A DNA stretch of 64,000 nucleotides. Origin: Amphiscolops sp. MND2022. Taxonomy: Eukaryota. The stretch is taken from NCBI GenBank assembly GCA_964187785.1, contig OZ076409.1, positions 50,036,001-50,100,000 on the forward strand. The letters are read 5' to 3'. The notes beneath the pieces were generated by a model, which worked only from the letters and a program-made list of their open reading frames with translations, did no database searches and had not been told where the DNA came from. Positions within the stretch are counted from its first letter, which is position 1, and each line of letters begins with the position of its first letter. The position numbers and the translations under genes were made by a program. This document shows, one piece after another, positions 50,601 through 63,356 of this stretch.

Positions 50601-50645
50601 TTACGCCGCGCCTGCGCTTTGGGGAAACAGTAGACGCGAGGGCAT
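50591..50645 (+). promoter_or_regulatory. Putative -1 ribosomal frameshift signal (A AAA AAC plus downstream GC-rich stem)
   Basis: TCA AAA AAC TAA ends gag; the -1 frame from 50597 is open into the 50747 protease ORF; CGCG/CTGC..GTAG/CGCG can pair downstream. Confidence 0.7.
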
Positions 50646-53600
50646 ATTCTCCACAAGAACCCCCAACAACGTATACCAACGACACAACTGTAGAGTGCTC
50701 AGGCACCCCATCAGAAGCATGGCTGAGACAACAAGCAATCGCATCTATGAAACGACACCCGCCACAAGAGGATCAAAAAGTAACACCTCCAAACGATCAG
50801 GATTACAGAAACGATTGCCGACATCACAAAAAAACACCCTCTCAACCAATCATCACCACCAAAGAACCCGCTGCTCAGACCCAAGGACACCCAGTTGAAA
50901 ACGTCCACGACGTCTGCACTTCGCCACAAATGTCCGAGAAAGATACATACGGCTCCACCGGGTCACCTATCCTCCACGACAACTTCCCCACCTTCCTCAA
51001 CTCAATTAAAGAATACGTAACTGAAAAAGACGGTAACACTTATATACCACTCCACTCAACAATAGTCCTCAAGAACAGAAGACGAATGCTTTACTTGCCA
51101 TTGGAATTTGGGGAATTAACAATGGATGGCCTTGTCGACTCAGGAGCGTTTATCAATGCCATGTCATGGTCCGATTACAACGCCATTAAAATGAACAGCG
51201 ATAATTGTGTCATAAAGGAGTACCCACCTTACCTCTCAAGATCTTACAATACCTTTCAAGATCGAATGTGCAAACGCACAACTAGAGCAACCTATCACCA
51301 CTGCAGACATTCAATTCAATATTGGAACATACACGTTCACTGACACCTTTGTCATACTATCAAAGACGTCATTCCCCATAATCGGACTGAACTCCATGAG
51401 AAACCACCAAGCAGTAATCGACACAGCCAATGGGACCATCACCTTCCCTCACGTCGAAATGACACTAGCCATGACAGATGAAAAGAAAAATTGTAACCCC
51501 AAACCACTCCAAATTATGGCTGAAGGACATCAGACGTTGCCACCACAACAAACAACAACCGTTAATGCAATAGTCATAACCACCAATACAATCGACATCA
51601 CAGGAGCAGTACAACCGCTCCCACAGTTCGACGAAACAGCCACCATCATCGTTGCACCAGCACTAGCCACAGCTCACAACAAACGAATCAACCTCCGAAT
51701 AGCCAACTTGACAGATTTCCCGCACACCATAAAAAACCACACCAAATTGGCAGAATTACAAATCCTGAGACCGGAGGACACTAAACAAATACGACCTGTA
51801 GACGTCGCAACGCTGACCACCTTACAAGATCCAGATGACACGCACATGTATGTAAATGAGCTCATGAAATCCCCAAACGATGAAAAAAACAATGAAAACC
51901 TCTGGTTCCCAACACCCGAAAACCCGGGAAATGAAGATGAACACACACCAATACAAAAACGAATATTAAAGGAAATCAGAGAACTCATAAAGAAAGAACA
52001 ACTTGATCCCACCAAAGATCCAGAATCAAGGAAAAAATTCCTCGACATGTTCAAATGGGAAGGATCACAGATTGAGGGAAACGACAAGAAACAGCTGGAA
52101 CAAACGATAGTTGAATACAACGACATCTTTGCACGTCACAGACTCGACATCGGCATCAATAATAGCTTCAAAGTAAAACTGACGCCAAAAGATGAACGAC
52201 CCATATACACACAGAGCCTGCCAGTGCCGATCAATCTCAAGGAAGACCTAACAGTCGAATTGGCACTCATGCACAGATATGGCATAATCACGACACTACC
52301 ATTTTCAAAATATGCCAGTCCGATTTTTGCACAACGCAAACCAAACGGTAAACTACGGTTACTGCTCGACCTGCGAAAAATCAACGCACTGATATCTGAC
52401 GATTACATCAACAACAACCACCCAGTCAGCACCCTGTCAGACGCAGCCCAACACTTAGCTGGGAAAAAGCTGTTCTGTAAACTAGATTGCTCTCAAGCAT
52501 ACCACTGTCTGCAAATGGCTGAACAGAGATCAATCGAAATGCTGGCATTCAACTTCGCAAGCAGAACGTTTGCATATAAACGCTTGGCACAAGGACTGAG
52601 CAGAGCATTGTCAGCATTCTCCAGCTTCATGAGAGAATACTTGGACAAAGTAATCAAAGCCGACTAATGCGCGCAATATGTGGACGACATTGGAATAGCC
52701 GCCAACTCCGTGACGCAACTGATACGGAACATTCGAGCCGTCTTCGAATGCATCAGACAAGCAGGACTTAAACTATCTATCGACAAATGCCATTTTGGAG
52801 TGACTGAAGTTGAATTCCTCGGAAGAACAATCACCCCGCAAGGAATCGCCCCCCAAGACCATAAAATACAAAAATTCTTGGCAAACGTACGATTTCCGAA
52901 ATCAAAAAAACAAGTACAAAGATACATTGGCTTTGTCAATTATTATCGCAACTACATCCCGCGATTATCTGAAAAATTACTCGGATTCTATGAGCTACTG
53001 AAAGCAGATAAACAGATCAAAATCACTGAAGAACTACTCGACCATTACAAGGCGATCAACGCAGCGCTGTCGCAAGCCTGTGGATTGACTCTCAAACAAC
53101 CAATTACAGGACGACAATACGTCTTAATGACGGATGCCAGTTTTCGAGCTTCGGGCTACGCATTAATGTTCGAAGAGGACATTGACAAAAAAATCAATTC
53201 CAAAAAGAAGACATTTGCCCCAGTTGCATTCGGATCGAAAGTATTTTCCCCAGCTCAACTGAAAATGTCTGTCTATTGTAAAGAATTCTTGGCAGTTTAT
53301 CATGCCTTCCTTGAATACAGCCACATCCTATGGGAAGCAACCCTACCGACCCTAGTGATGACAGACAACAGATCAGTAACAAGATTTTTTCAAACAAAAG
53401 CGATTCCACCCACACTATGGAACGCATGTGACTACGTCCTACAATTCAATTTCCATATCATGCACGTAGCGGGAACGCAAAATACTGCGGCAGACTTCCT
53501 CTCAAGAATTGACCTCAACCCCAAGGAACGAGTTGAACTGAAGATCCGCGATGATATCACAATACGACCGATACAAGCCAACCTCCAATCGACAGGCGTC

Positions 53601-55553
53601 GCAGATGAGGAACAACTATTTTTCCTTCCAGATGAGACCATCGAAACCGAAGAGGAAATCCTACTACGGAAAGAACAAGCTAGACAAAACGCGCACGATG
53701 AAGCGCCAGTGAAAATAAAAATGGCCATCCAAGAAACCACACCAATACCAATAAACAAAGCTTCATATACCTTTGGCGCAATTAAAGAAGATGCACGCAT
53801 TAGAGTCGAACAAGATTCAAACTTAGTCCTCAAGGCAATCAAAAGGAAACTGACTTGTGAAGAATACGACAAACATCTTCTACAAACTGACCCGACAGCC
53901 AAACGTCTTCTAGTCCACGAAAACAGACTAATAGTCAAAGATGGCATCCTAATACGTAAATATTACGGTGAATGTGGCCAAGTTACGCACCACCAAATAC
54001 TCATCCCTGAGCACTTGATCACAGAACTTCTGAAAGCAATCCACGGACAAATGGGAAAACACCCAGGAATAACAAAAATGATCCAAGAGTGTAGATCTAA
54101 ATACTACTACCCAGGACTAGCGAAACGCATCAAACAATGGGTACAACAATGTGAAGACTGCATCAGATATAAACGAATCAGTAACGCCCAAATCAAACCA
54201 AAAATGATCAACAACACAGAACACGTCCTAGGACCGGAAGACATCCTAGAGATTGACATACTACCTAACCTACCAAACTCTGCGGGATACCAGAATATCG
54301 TCACAATGATAGACGTGTTTTCGCGATATCTATTCGCCTATCCAACACAGAACACCACAGCGAGGACGATTGGCCGATGCATTGTCGATGTCATGACAAG
54401 GCACGCATATCTGCCGACATTAATCCTATCGGATAAAGGCTCCCAATTCCGATCAGAAGTTGTTGCAGAAATAATGCAAATACTAGAAATACAAATCAGT
54501 CATGCTTCCACTAAACACGCTCAAACAATCGGAATACTGGAAAGAACTCACGCCTCAATCAAAACGGCACTGAAAATATCGACGGGCGAACGACGCTCAA
54601 TGTGGCACAAATATGTCCAAATCGCAGTGATGAACTATAACACAACCTACCACGAAACGCTAGGCTGCGAACCTTCCACAGTATTCCATGGACGAATACC
54701 GTACAATATACTAGACCTAAAATTGGGCATCAGACCAAAATGGAAAACTTCATCCAACTCCGACCTAGCCGAACAACTACAAAAACAGATTAACGAAGTG
54801 CGTGCGACGGCAAAGGACAATATTATGTTGTCCTATCTCAAATACAAAAAGTACTATGACCGCAAAGCATCTGCAGCCCCACTGAAAATAAATGATTATT
54901 GCTACATACTCAACCCGAAAGCCGACAGCCAATCGACAAAATTTGCATTCCAAGATTGCATTTGGACAGGACCGTATATAGTGATAAAGGTACTCTCAAA
55001 TAACAACTATACGATCCCAAAAATAGGCACGAGATACACACAAACGCTACATCGGATTATAAAACGCCCTTACATGCCAGAACAACGTCTGCCTGACGTC
55101 ACAGTACGGACAAACGAATATCTCCCAGATCCGGACGTCAAAGTGCCACACAACGAATGGTACGCTGTATCGTGGGAAATGGATTTTGGCAAACAAATAG
55201 ACGAACACAAAGCGACAAGAAGTGCAGAAAACAATCAACAGATAATCACACAAGAAGTGGCGAACACGAATGACGACACAATGACGCAACAATTACCAAA
55301 CAATCAAAATGACGACACACATGACGTGGCACCGACGTCTCCAGATTGTTCAAACCTCACTACTGACGTAGGGGATAATCCATATATACGACGTTCCCCA
55401 CCCACTGAAAGTCAACCTATTCCCCCAAAATCACCGCCTACAGTTGTCGGTTATAATCCGAGGCAAACAGGAAAATACAATTTACGACCTAACCCTAAAC
55501 CTAACGCTAATCCTGACTTCAGAAGACTTGACGCTATCACTCTGACTCAATAG
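50597..55553 (+). pseudogene. pol: Pol of element 3 (frameshift near 51230, TAA at 52665)
   Basis: LVDSGA (protease), QYVDDIGI (RT), MTDASF/MTDNRS (RNase H), HGQMGKH..CEDC, EIDIL, LSDKGSQF, LERTH (integrase), TGPY. Confidence 0.95.
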
Positions 55554-55794
55554 AAAAGCAAATATCAGGAGTCCAGACCGAACCGATCTGACTATTTTCA
55601 ATTCATGGCATACTACGACCATTCTTTTTTCTCCTTTGATCGTCAACATTTTTGATTCTTCAAAACAAACTATTTTTTATCAGAAAAATGATATCTGATA
55701 AAACTAATAAGAACAAAATAACAAAACGCCCGAAGACGCAAAGAAATTATACAACGAATCAACAAACAGTTTACAAATCAACAACGGCCAAATT

Positions 55795-58700
55795 CTATTG
55801 TTTCTTTGTTGCGGCATCAGAACTCTTCCGAGTGGCCCTCTTCACAGGCACTTTAGATGAACCAGCAACTTGCTTCGACCCTGCTCCAGTGTCCTTCTTT
55901 CGACCCAATAACGAGCCAACACTGCTATATAGATGTCCCTTCTCAGGAGTTGTAGCGACAGAAGAACCCACAACAGATGATGATGGACTCTCCGAACATG
56001 ACACAGTTGACACACCGCCCCCTTCAGTAGCTAGCATTTTTCGTTCCCGCCTATTGGCATGACGCAGAACAGAATATGACTCCCCCTTCTTACGACTAAG
56101 GAAGGCATTAAACAACTCCAGATATCGCGCAACAAATGACTCCTGACCACCGCAGCAGATACGCCCCCAAGGATCATAGGAAGCCAAGTTCATGAAGTCC
56201 TGAGCCCCATTTATAGCATCCCGGACGCTATCCATCGTGTGTTTCGTAAAGAAGGCCTTCTGCTTGTAATTCGATGACAAAACACAACTCTGCACCCCAC
56301 GAATACACGACGTAACAGTCCAATACGGAACAGCACAACCTGAAAGGTCAATGTCCACGTCAGGGTGTTTCTGCCGGGGCTTCAAGACAACTAGACAGCA
56401 CAATTCAAACACCCGGCACAGGTTTTTGCGGGCCAGAAATGAGTAATCTCCCAGCAGATAAGAGACGACATCAGGAATATTCTCAGCGATCTCACCACTG
56501 GCGGCATGACAACCTCGGACGTCCACAACAAAGGTACGGAACTCTTCAACAGCTGACTTGCACTCTATGTCCGAAATAACCCCACAACGCTCCAAATGCC
56601 GAGCCAATCGGTTAAACATGTCAAACACATGCTTGTCATCACCTTCCAATAGGAGTTCGGGGCAGAAACAATACAAGCTACTCGAGAATCCAGACGACGC
56701 TGCCTGTTGTGCTAAGATCAACTCCACAAAACGATCGATAAATTCGCGACAACGATCTTGAAAGTCACGACCTTCACCCCCTTTAAATTCACGCAGCATA
56801 GCACCGAAATCATAGGTTTGCCAGATTTCGGCTGTGGGTATCGCGTCATACTGAGACAACTTAGACACGTCCATATACTCTTCCCATGCATTGACATTCG
56901 GCAGAGATGAAACACGACGACTCCGTGACAACAGACAATACACTAGTTGACATAGTTCCATATAGGCATGTAAGCCATAATCTGCGCGTCTTTGCTGCTG
57001 CTTCTTGAAACAGACTGCGTCTAAACACATCAACCCGTCTACATCTGCCTTCAACTAAATAAGACGACACACAGACGACAACTTACAAAGTTCCAAGACA
57101 TGTTTGAGCAGACCCAGACGGAACACATTCGTATTCTCGGAGAAAACCAGCCAGTCCACACCTCGCATCTGAAACAAATCGAACCACATCAAATCTCACT
57201 AGCAAAACAATCCAACTTTGCCAACCCCACAAGACTCCAAAGAAGGAAACAAAACGAGGGACGGATACACAAAAAAAAACACAAAACTTACTATGTCAGT
57301 AGAACTCTTCAGGTGCCGAGCCCCAGTGTAACGAACATACTCCTTGACGAATTTCCACACAAGAATCAGCTCCGTGACGAAGCCACACAAGTCAGCAAAG
57401 GGTACCCGCCCAGCGACAACACAACGACGAACGACGGTCACGTCCTCCATCCACGGCTCTTGGAGTGCCCCACGCAGACGTAACACCAGAAAGTCAACCA
57501 TCGAAGTCACCTCGAGCATGCCGAAGACCTCTTGATGAGCCTCACGGAAACATTGCAGTAAGGCCTCCTCAGAAAATTCCTGACCCAAAACGAACTGCCG
57601 ACCATCAACTCGGTTGTCACTAAGTACGCGCAACAAAGACACACTCCCTCCTTGACATGACATGGGCAATTGGCACGACACGATACTGTCAACCACACGA
57701 GACAAACCAGCCAGCTCTGAGTTCGGGACTTTCTGTCCAGACGCCTCAACATGGACACAGACACAAAACAGCTCATGCCCATCCCAAGTCTGCACATAAC
57801 AGCTATGCGACGTCCCATCATCCACGAAAAACACACTGTAGTCGCGGAAAGCAGCCACGCGTGCGATCATTGATCGAAGTACACGAGGGAACAGGGCTTG
57901 ACAGATCAGCGACTAAAACAACAAATTACCAACGCTCAACACACGGAAATCCCAATACCTACAGACTCATTCAAATACCAAAATTTGCTTCAAGCCAACC
58001 ATACAACTACGATACACCCCCCTACAAAAGCACAAAAAAGAATATAAAATACTAACCAAGGACTCTTCTCGACTCCACTTTAGACTATACAGAGGATTTT
58101 CCGGCCCCAAAGTAGCACGAAAACAGCCCCACAACTTTCTCAATAAAGTATAGCTGCCACCACTGCGCAGGAGTTCCAGCAAACAATTCACTAATGTCAA
58201 CAAGGGAACCGATGAATCGACCTGAGCACAAGCTGGCAACAGATCTTCCGGGAAACTGAACCCTTCGGCTTTCCCCTGGCAGGGACGACTTCGATAATCC
58301 TCCAATTGCGCATCTGTCAGCTCCATTGGATCCATCAGCCGATTGAACACAGGCAAATTATTTTGAACGCGGTAAGTGACGTCCAATTTCCAATGCCGCT
58401 TGCCAAAGCAGTGCCGGCTAAATTCCAACGAACCACGGGACTCCATTGAAACGTCGCGGTGACAAATCATGCAGAAAAAATGTTTGTCACAGCCAGTACT
58501 GGACCCGCTGACAAACAACTGGTAGATAGGGTTATCGCCTGTCATGTCGCGACGAAGTCGTTTCCGCATACTGTACACCCGTTTTCGTTGCCGCTGAGGT
58601 GACGAAATCTCCTCTAAACTGGCCTCGACACGACTCACGAGTTCTTGAAACCCTACAAACACAAAACCAACTTTAATCGAAAAAAAAAGACCACCAGTAT

Positions 58701-59898
58701 GCAATCCCAAGAACACGACTCGGGATATAAAACTACCCAGAATTTCCCTCATTTCAACTACTAACAGAGAGGATGAACAAGAAAAAACTCGCAATTGAAA
58801 CTACTCCAATACAACAATACTCACGAGCAACAAAAGGCTCCACTGTCCGACTCTCCAATTCAGAAGCCACAATTTCTCCCAATCTAGCAGCCTGCTGTGG
58901 CGTACAAGGCAAGGACGCATCAGGAACAGCCTCATCATCAGATGTCTCAAGCTGGAAATCGCTCCGTTGCAGTACTGAACCAGTCTTGTCCACCCGACGT
59001 CGTTTAGAAGCCGACTGAACCATCGCATCATCACTGGTTGATACCACAGTAACTACAAACACAACACCCAAAGCCCAATTACTCAGGAACGTCACTGTGA
59101 CCTACCCCACCCCACACAAGAACACATATCCTATAGAAACTATCAATCTGCAAACAAGAACTTACCATGTTTAATGACGGGCGATGTAGTCTGACTCCCA
59201 AATGTTCTCTCAAACCCAGGCAAATATGAGGTAAATCGTGGGGAAGGCGTTTGCTGGGCACTACGGGAATTTCCCACCTCTACAGTTTTTCCTGGCTGGG
59301 GGGGGGAGGAGCCTCACCTACGTGAGTCGGAGGAGTACAGTCATCGACGACAGGAGACTTGGGTGGAGACAGCCCCGCCGTTCCTTCAGGAGCCCCAGTA
59401 ACTTTATCCTCGACTCTGCCAGAAATCTATTTAGACAAAGGGACATCAAGATCATCTTGCGGTGACGCAGGCGGATCGGGCATCCCAGAAACAGTCTCTA
59501 AAGTAACGACAGTACCACCCTCTAGGGGTATAACCCCAACGGAAGAAAGATCAGCTGGTAGTGGAGCAGTTTCAAGACCAGAAAGAGTGTGAATGGAGGT
59601 AGGAGTGACGTGAGCAGCACCCTCTAGGGAAGAAACGAGAACCGCTCCTGGCACTAAAACGAAATCCCACATTCGACGCGTCAGAAAATCTAAGCTATGA
59701 AAACACAGAAAAGGCCTATCTGTCAAAAGTATATTTCATGAAAGCTTAAAGGAAAGTAGGGATAACAAACTAACCAGGTGCCGGCCGGACAACTCGATTA
59801 TCAGTCTCACTGTCACGAACATCACCATCCGAAAATGCAAACTGCGTCTCGTTACCACTCACAGCTCCTGGATCAATACGACCACGGGACGTAGACAT
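55795..59898 (-). pseudogene. Antisense multi-exon gene of element 3; zinc-finger, hAT-transposase-like protein (~1100 aa)
   Basis: Exons: 59898-59775, ~59653(or 59689)-59166 (TAG at 59427 and a homopolymer frameshift or tiny intron near 59290), 59052-58825, 58652-58057, 57912-57292, 57054-55795; all GT-AG with matching phases. Motifs CMIC-x16-H-x5-H, YSVFFVDDG, KRRR. Confidence 0.8.
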
Positions 59899-60346
59899 TG
59901 CAAAGCGATGAATCTGAAAAGTCAGAGATGAAAACAACAACCGAAAATCTGAAGTCATCAAAACGGTGACAAAACATAAAGTTGGCTTATAACCAACGAA
60001 AATGGCGTCGACATAACGTCGACAAAAAGGTTATCAGGGTTAAGAAATTAACCCTATTTCCTAAAATGACGTCATCAAAACGGTGACAAAATCAGAAGTT
60101 AGCTAAGCTAACGAAATGACGTCAGCATAACGTTGACAAATTTGGCAAATTGACAAATATTTTAATTTGTAGCCAATAAAAACTCGACGTCGTTATAGCG
60201 ACAACAATAAAGACTGAAAAGGATAAAAATGATTAATTAACCAATCAGAATAGAGGGATTTATCACAATATTCGCCTTAATCCTAAATAATCCTAAATTC
60301 ATTGTGGAACAACCAAAACGAAGAAATCAGCTGACAAAGAAAGAAG

Positions 60347-61105
60347 ATGAGCAATCTCCTTGACATCTATGAATTAATCGACATATCCTCGTCAAGTGAG
60401 GAAGAAGGTGAAATCGAAAGAGCATCCACCCCGCTACCAAGAGACAGTCAGGTAAACCCCAGGATAATCATTGAAATTCCCCACTCGTCAGCAGAGGCGA
60501 CGGCAGACGATGAAGAATACCTCGACTTGTCATTAGACTCACTGGAAACTGATTGTAAAAGAATGAAGCTGAGCGATTCTTATACCAGCTTCGAATCGGT
60601 GGAATCTGGGGAGTATCCTCATTCAACTGACTCTGAAGAAGCGCCGGCAGACTCCCCTGAAAGCCCTGATGAACAAGAAAAGGGGGAAGATAACAGCAGC
60701 CTAAATTCTGGAGTGTTCGTTGTGGAAGGGCATTACACACACAGCTCTAAATCAGTAACGAGCACGAACGTTGCAGACTACTTAGAACATGTTACTCGAG
60801 AAGATGCAAGCTCCTTTTTCGACACTCCACCGGGACCATTAAGAAGGGTAAATCGTCGGCCGATAAGCCCACTGAACGACCTGGAAGAAAAAAGGACAGC
60901 AGCAACAAGTTCTAAAAGGAATAACAACTACGAACAGTTCCAGCATCAGCCGTTCCAGTTCGGCCAACCCGGGAGAGCCTTTCGTCCCATGACAGTGGCC
61001 CTGTCACAGTCCGCTCCCGGACTGGTTTGCGGCTGCAGACGAGTAGGATACGGACGTGGGCACGGCTGTACAGCAAAATTGGCAAACAGGTATTTCAGAT
61101 ACTGA
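60347..61105 (+). CDS. Acidic Ser-rich 252-aa ORF of element 3 ending inside the 3' LTR
   Basis: Intact ATG-to-TGA ORF; last ~34 codons lie in U3 (61002-61105); CCAAT boxes upstream at ~60173 and 60241. Confidence 0.7.
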   Translation: MSNLLDIYELIDISSSSEEEGEIERASTPLPRDSQVNPRIIIEIPHSSAEATADDEEYLDLSLDSLETDCKRMKLSDSYTSFESVESGEYPHSTDSEEAPADSPESPDEQEKGEDNSSLNSGVFVVEGHYTHSSKSVTSTNVADYLEHVTREDASSFFDTPPGPLRRVNRRPISPLNDLEEKRTAATSSKRNNNYEQFQHQPFQFGQPGRAFRPMTVALSQSAPGLVCGCRRVGYGRGHGCTAKLANRYFRY

Positions 61106-63356
61106 CTCAAACTGTAGTTAATGATTAAAATAAACTGTGACTGAAAATGAAAATACGTCTAGTGTGCGCAAATCTAAAAATGAAAATGNNNNNNNNNNNN
61201 NNNNNNNNNNNNNNNNNNNNNNNNNNNNNNNNNNNNNNNNNNNNNNNNNNNNNNNNNNNNNNNNNNNNNNNNNNNNNNNNNNNNNNNNNNNNNNNNNNNN
61301 NNNNNNNNNNNNNNNNNNNNNNNNNNNNNNNNNNNNNNNNNNNNNNNNNNNNNNNNNNNNNNNNNNNNNNNNNNNNNNNNNNNNNNNNATATAGAGCGAT
61401 TACGCCTCGTCAAAATAAGGCTATTTAATTGCGTTTGAACAGCAATTAAAGTGGTTTAGAACGCACAGTTTGCGCAAAGCAAACAATACGGCAGTGAGAA
61501 CTTGGCTACATTAATATTTGTCGTCTATAGAACGCAGATAAGTTGTGAAGGTATACTGAGTGACGTCACTGCCTCGCCTATGCATACCAAATTTCATTCC
61601 AATTATCCGCCTATATCAACCACTATGCTAGGAAATCATTCCGATTTACCGCCTGTGTGACGTCACAATACTAGTAACTAGCTGCTAACTTGTCTCAAAA
61701 TATGCGTCAACGATGTGGCAAACTTGGCAGAGCTTAGTATTGCCAAGAAAATGCGTCACAGTGACGACGACAAGTTTATGAAATCAATTGGAAATAGGAA
61801 AACCTGTCAAAATAACAGGTTTTATCCTCATGTTTAATTCGCAGCTTCATAAGGAATATGATAGTGGCTTTTCTTAATCCGTATTGCAGACGTTTCGTCA
61901 ATGTCAAGCTATCTGAAATTTCACACTTAAAACATATCTGATATAGGTGTAGTATAAAATCCAGTTAGTGCGTTAATTAGTCGTCATTGCACTTTTTGAC
62001 AATAGAGGAAACCTACCCGGGTATCTTTTAGATGAGATTTCACATGAAGTTAAGCAAAAGTCACAGTTTATACTCACGTTCAGTGCGGGTAAAACATATT
62101 TTGTACCCAGAAATGTATTTTCATAAGTTTGTACCTTTTACTTTCAATTTGCCAAATATGTACATGATAATTGTTGATGCGATCATTTCCTTATCTACGT
62201 TCCCCTAATGGGTTTGGGAAATGTCGTGCTGATGACGGAATTGTAATTGTGAAAGTGCTAACTGTTGTTATACTATTGGTTTTGTAAAATGCGACGCAAT
62301 TGATGCAACAAACCAAGCTTTGTATCTGTTTTTCTTTATTTTGTTGGAATTCATGAATTTTAACTTTATTTCTATAATTGCGTTATTCATCCAAAATATT
62401 CTCCTAGCATCGATTAAATAATCCTAGTTTGGAATTAGTCATTGCATTTTTATCAAGTTGAAATTCAAAATCAGGTATTAGTTGTTCACGTCAGCGTCTT
62501 CCTAGCGTCAATTTCCCGCGAACCGAAGCAGCAAAACAGGGAATTATTTCCGGTTTGATAGACTGAAGTAATATCTACTTCCTGCTCGGGAGGAAGCAAA
62601 AGGACGCCGGAATGAAATGATATGAATATGTGTGATGACTAATACTAAAAGTAGAACATCGTGTCTCAAATTTTGTCGAATTGTCGGCGCACTTTTGGGA
62701 TTTTGATGATTTTTTCACCGAAAAAACAGGAAATGACTAATTATTTTAAAGAATTTGGGAATATGTACGTGATCAAATGATGCTAGGAGGGTATATATAG
62801 GAAGTGCAAATTTTTCTGAGGGACTCAGTCTTTTACCAGTGCTGCAACCTAGTTGTCCCAAACTTGTTGTTCTCAAACTACTCTCATTCTTCTACCTCTG
62901 TTGAAAATCAGAAAGTAAAAATTGAATCCTTCAAGAATAAATCTTTCTTCAACAACATGTCTACAACACGAAGCCAAAAGAGAAAGAATATCCAGCGAGA
63001 AGTTGATGATAATGTAAGTGAAAGCTTTGTTTCGCCAATAAATGCGGAAAATTCTCATCCTTTAGATCAAAACGTAGAATTAGCAGGTCCTTCGAGGCCC
63101 AAGTCTCCCAGAGTAGAAAATAGTTTCTTGGAAAGCATAAGGTCCTCCCTGAAGGAAGAAATACCGTCCGAGATTAAGACTCTTTTGCTCGAGTCCCAAA
63201 AGAAAATGTTGAAACTCTTGAGATCTGAAACGAGAGAAAACGTAAGAGACCATGTATCAGAAGAACTAGAAAATGAAACAAGAAGCTTCTATACTCCGAC
63301 GAAAACAGTGCGAATTAATTCTACCTAAAACGAAGATCATAGCATAATTCGTAACA
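61002..63356 (+). repeat. 3' LTR of element 3 (contains assembly gap)
   Basis: Copy of 47192-49556, ends CGTAACA then AGCAC. Confidence 0.96.
61189..61388. other. Assembly gap (200 N)
   Basis: N run; flanks match the 5' LTR, where the equivalent stretch is 47379-47589 (~211 nt). Confidence 1.

Larger units (their letters stand above)
47192..63356 (+). mobile_element. Element 3: full-length (16.2 kb) Ty3/Gypsy LTR retrotransposon with antisense spliced gene and extra sense ORF
   Basis: Paired LTRs, AGCAC duplication at 47187-47191 and 63357-63361, PBS, gag, pol. Confidence 0.97.

Noticed and set aside
55795..59898. Antisense gene as a nested autonomous hAT transposon or an overlapping host gene
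   Set aside because: No TIRs or 8-bp duplication seen, catalytic tail motif missing, and a counterpart occupies the same position in a second family; not fully excluded without other copies.
61137..61428. ORFs spanning the N run
   Set aside because: Artefacts of the assembly gap; the matching 5' LTR stretch shows no such ORF.
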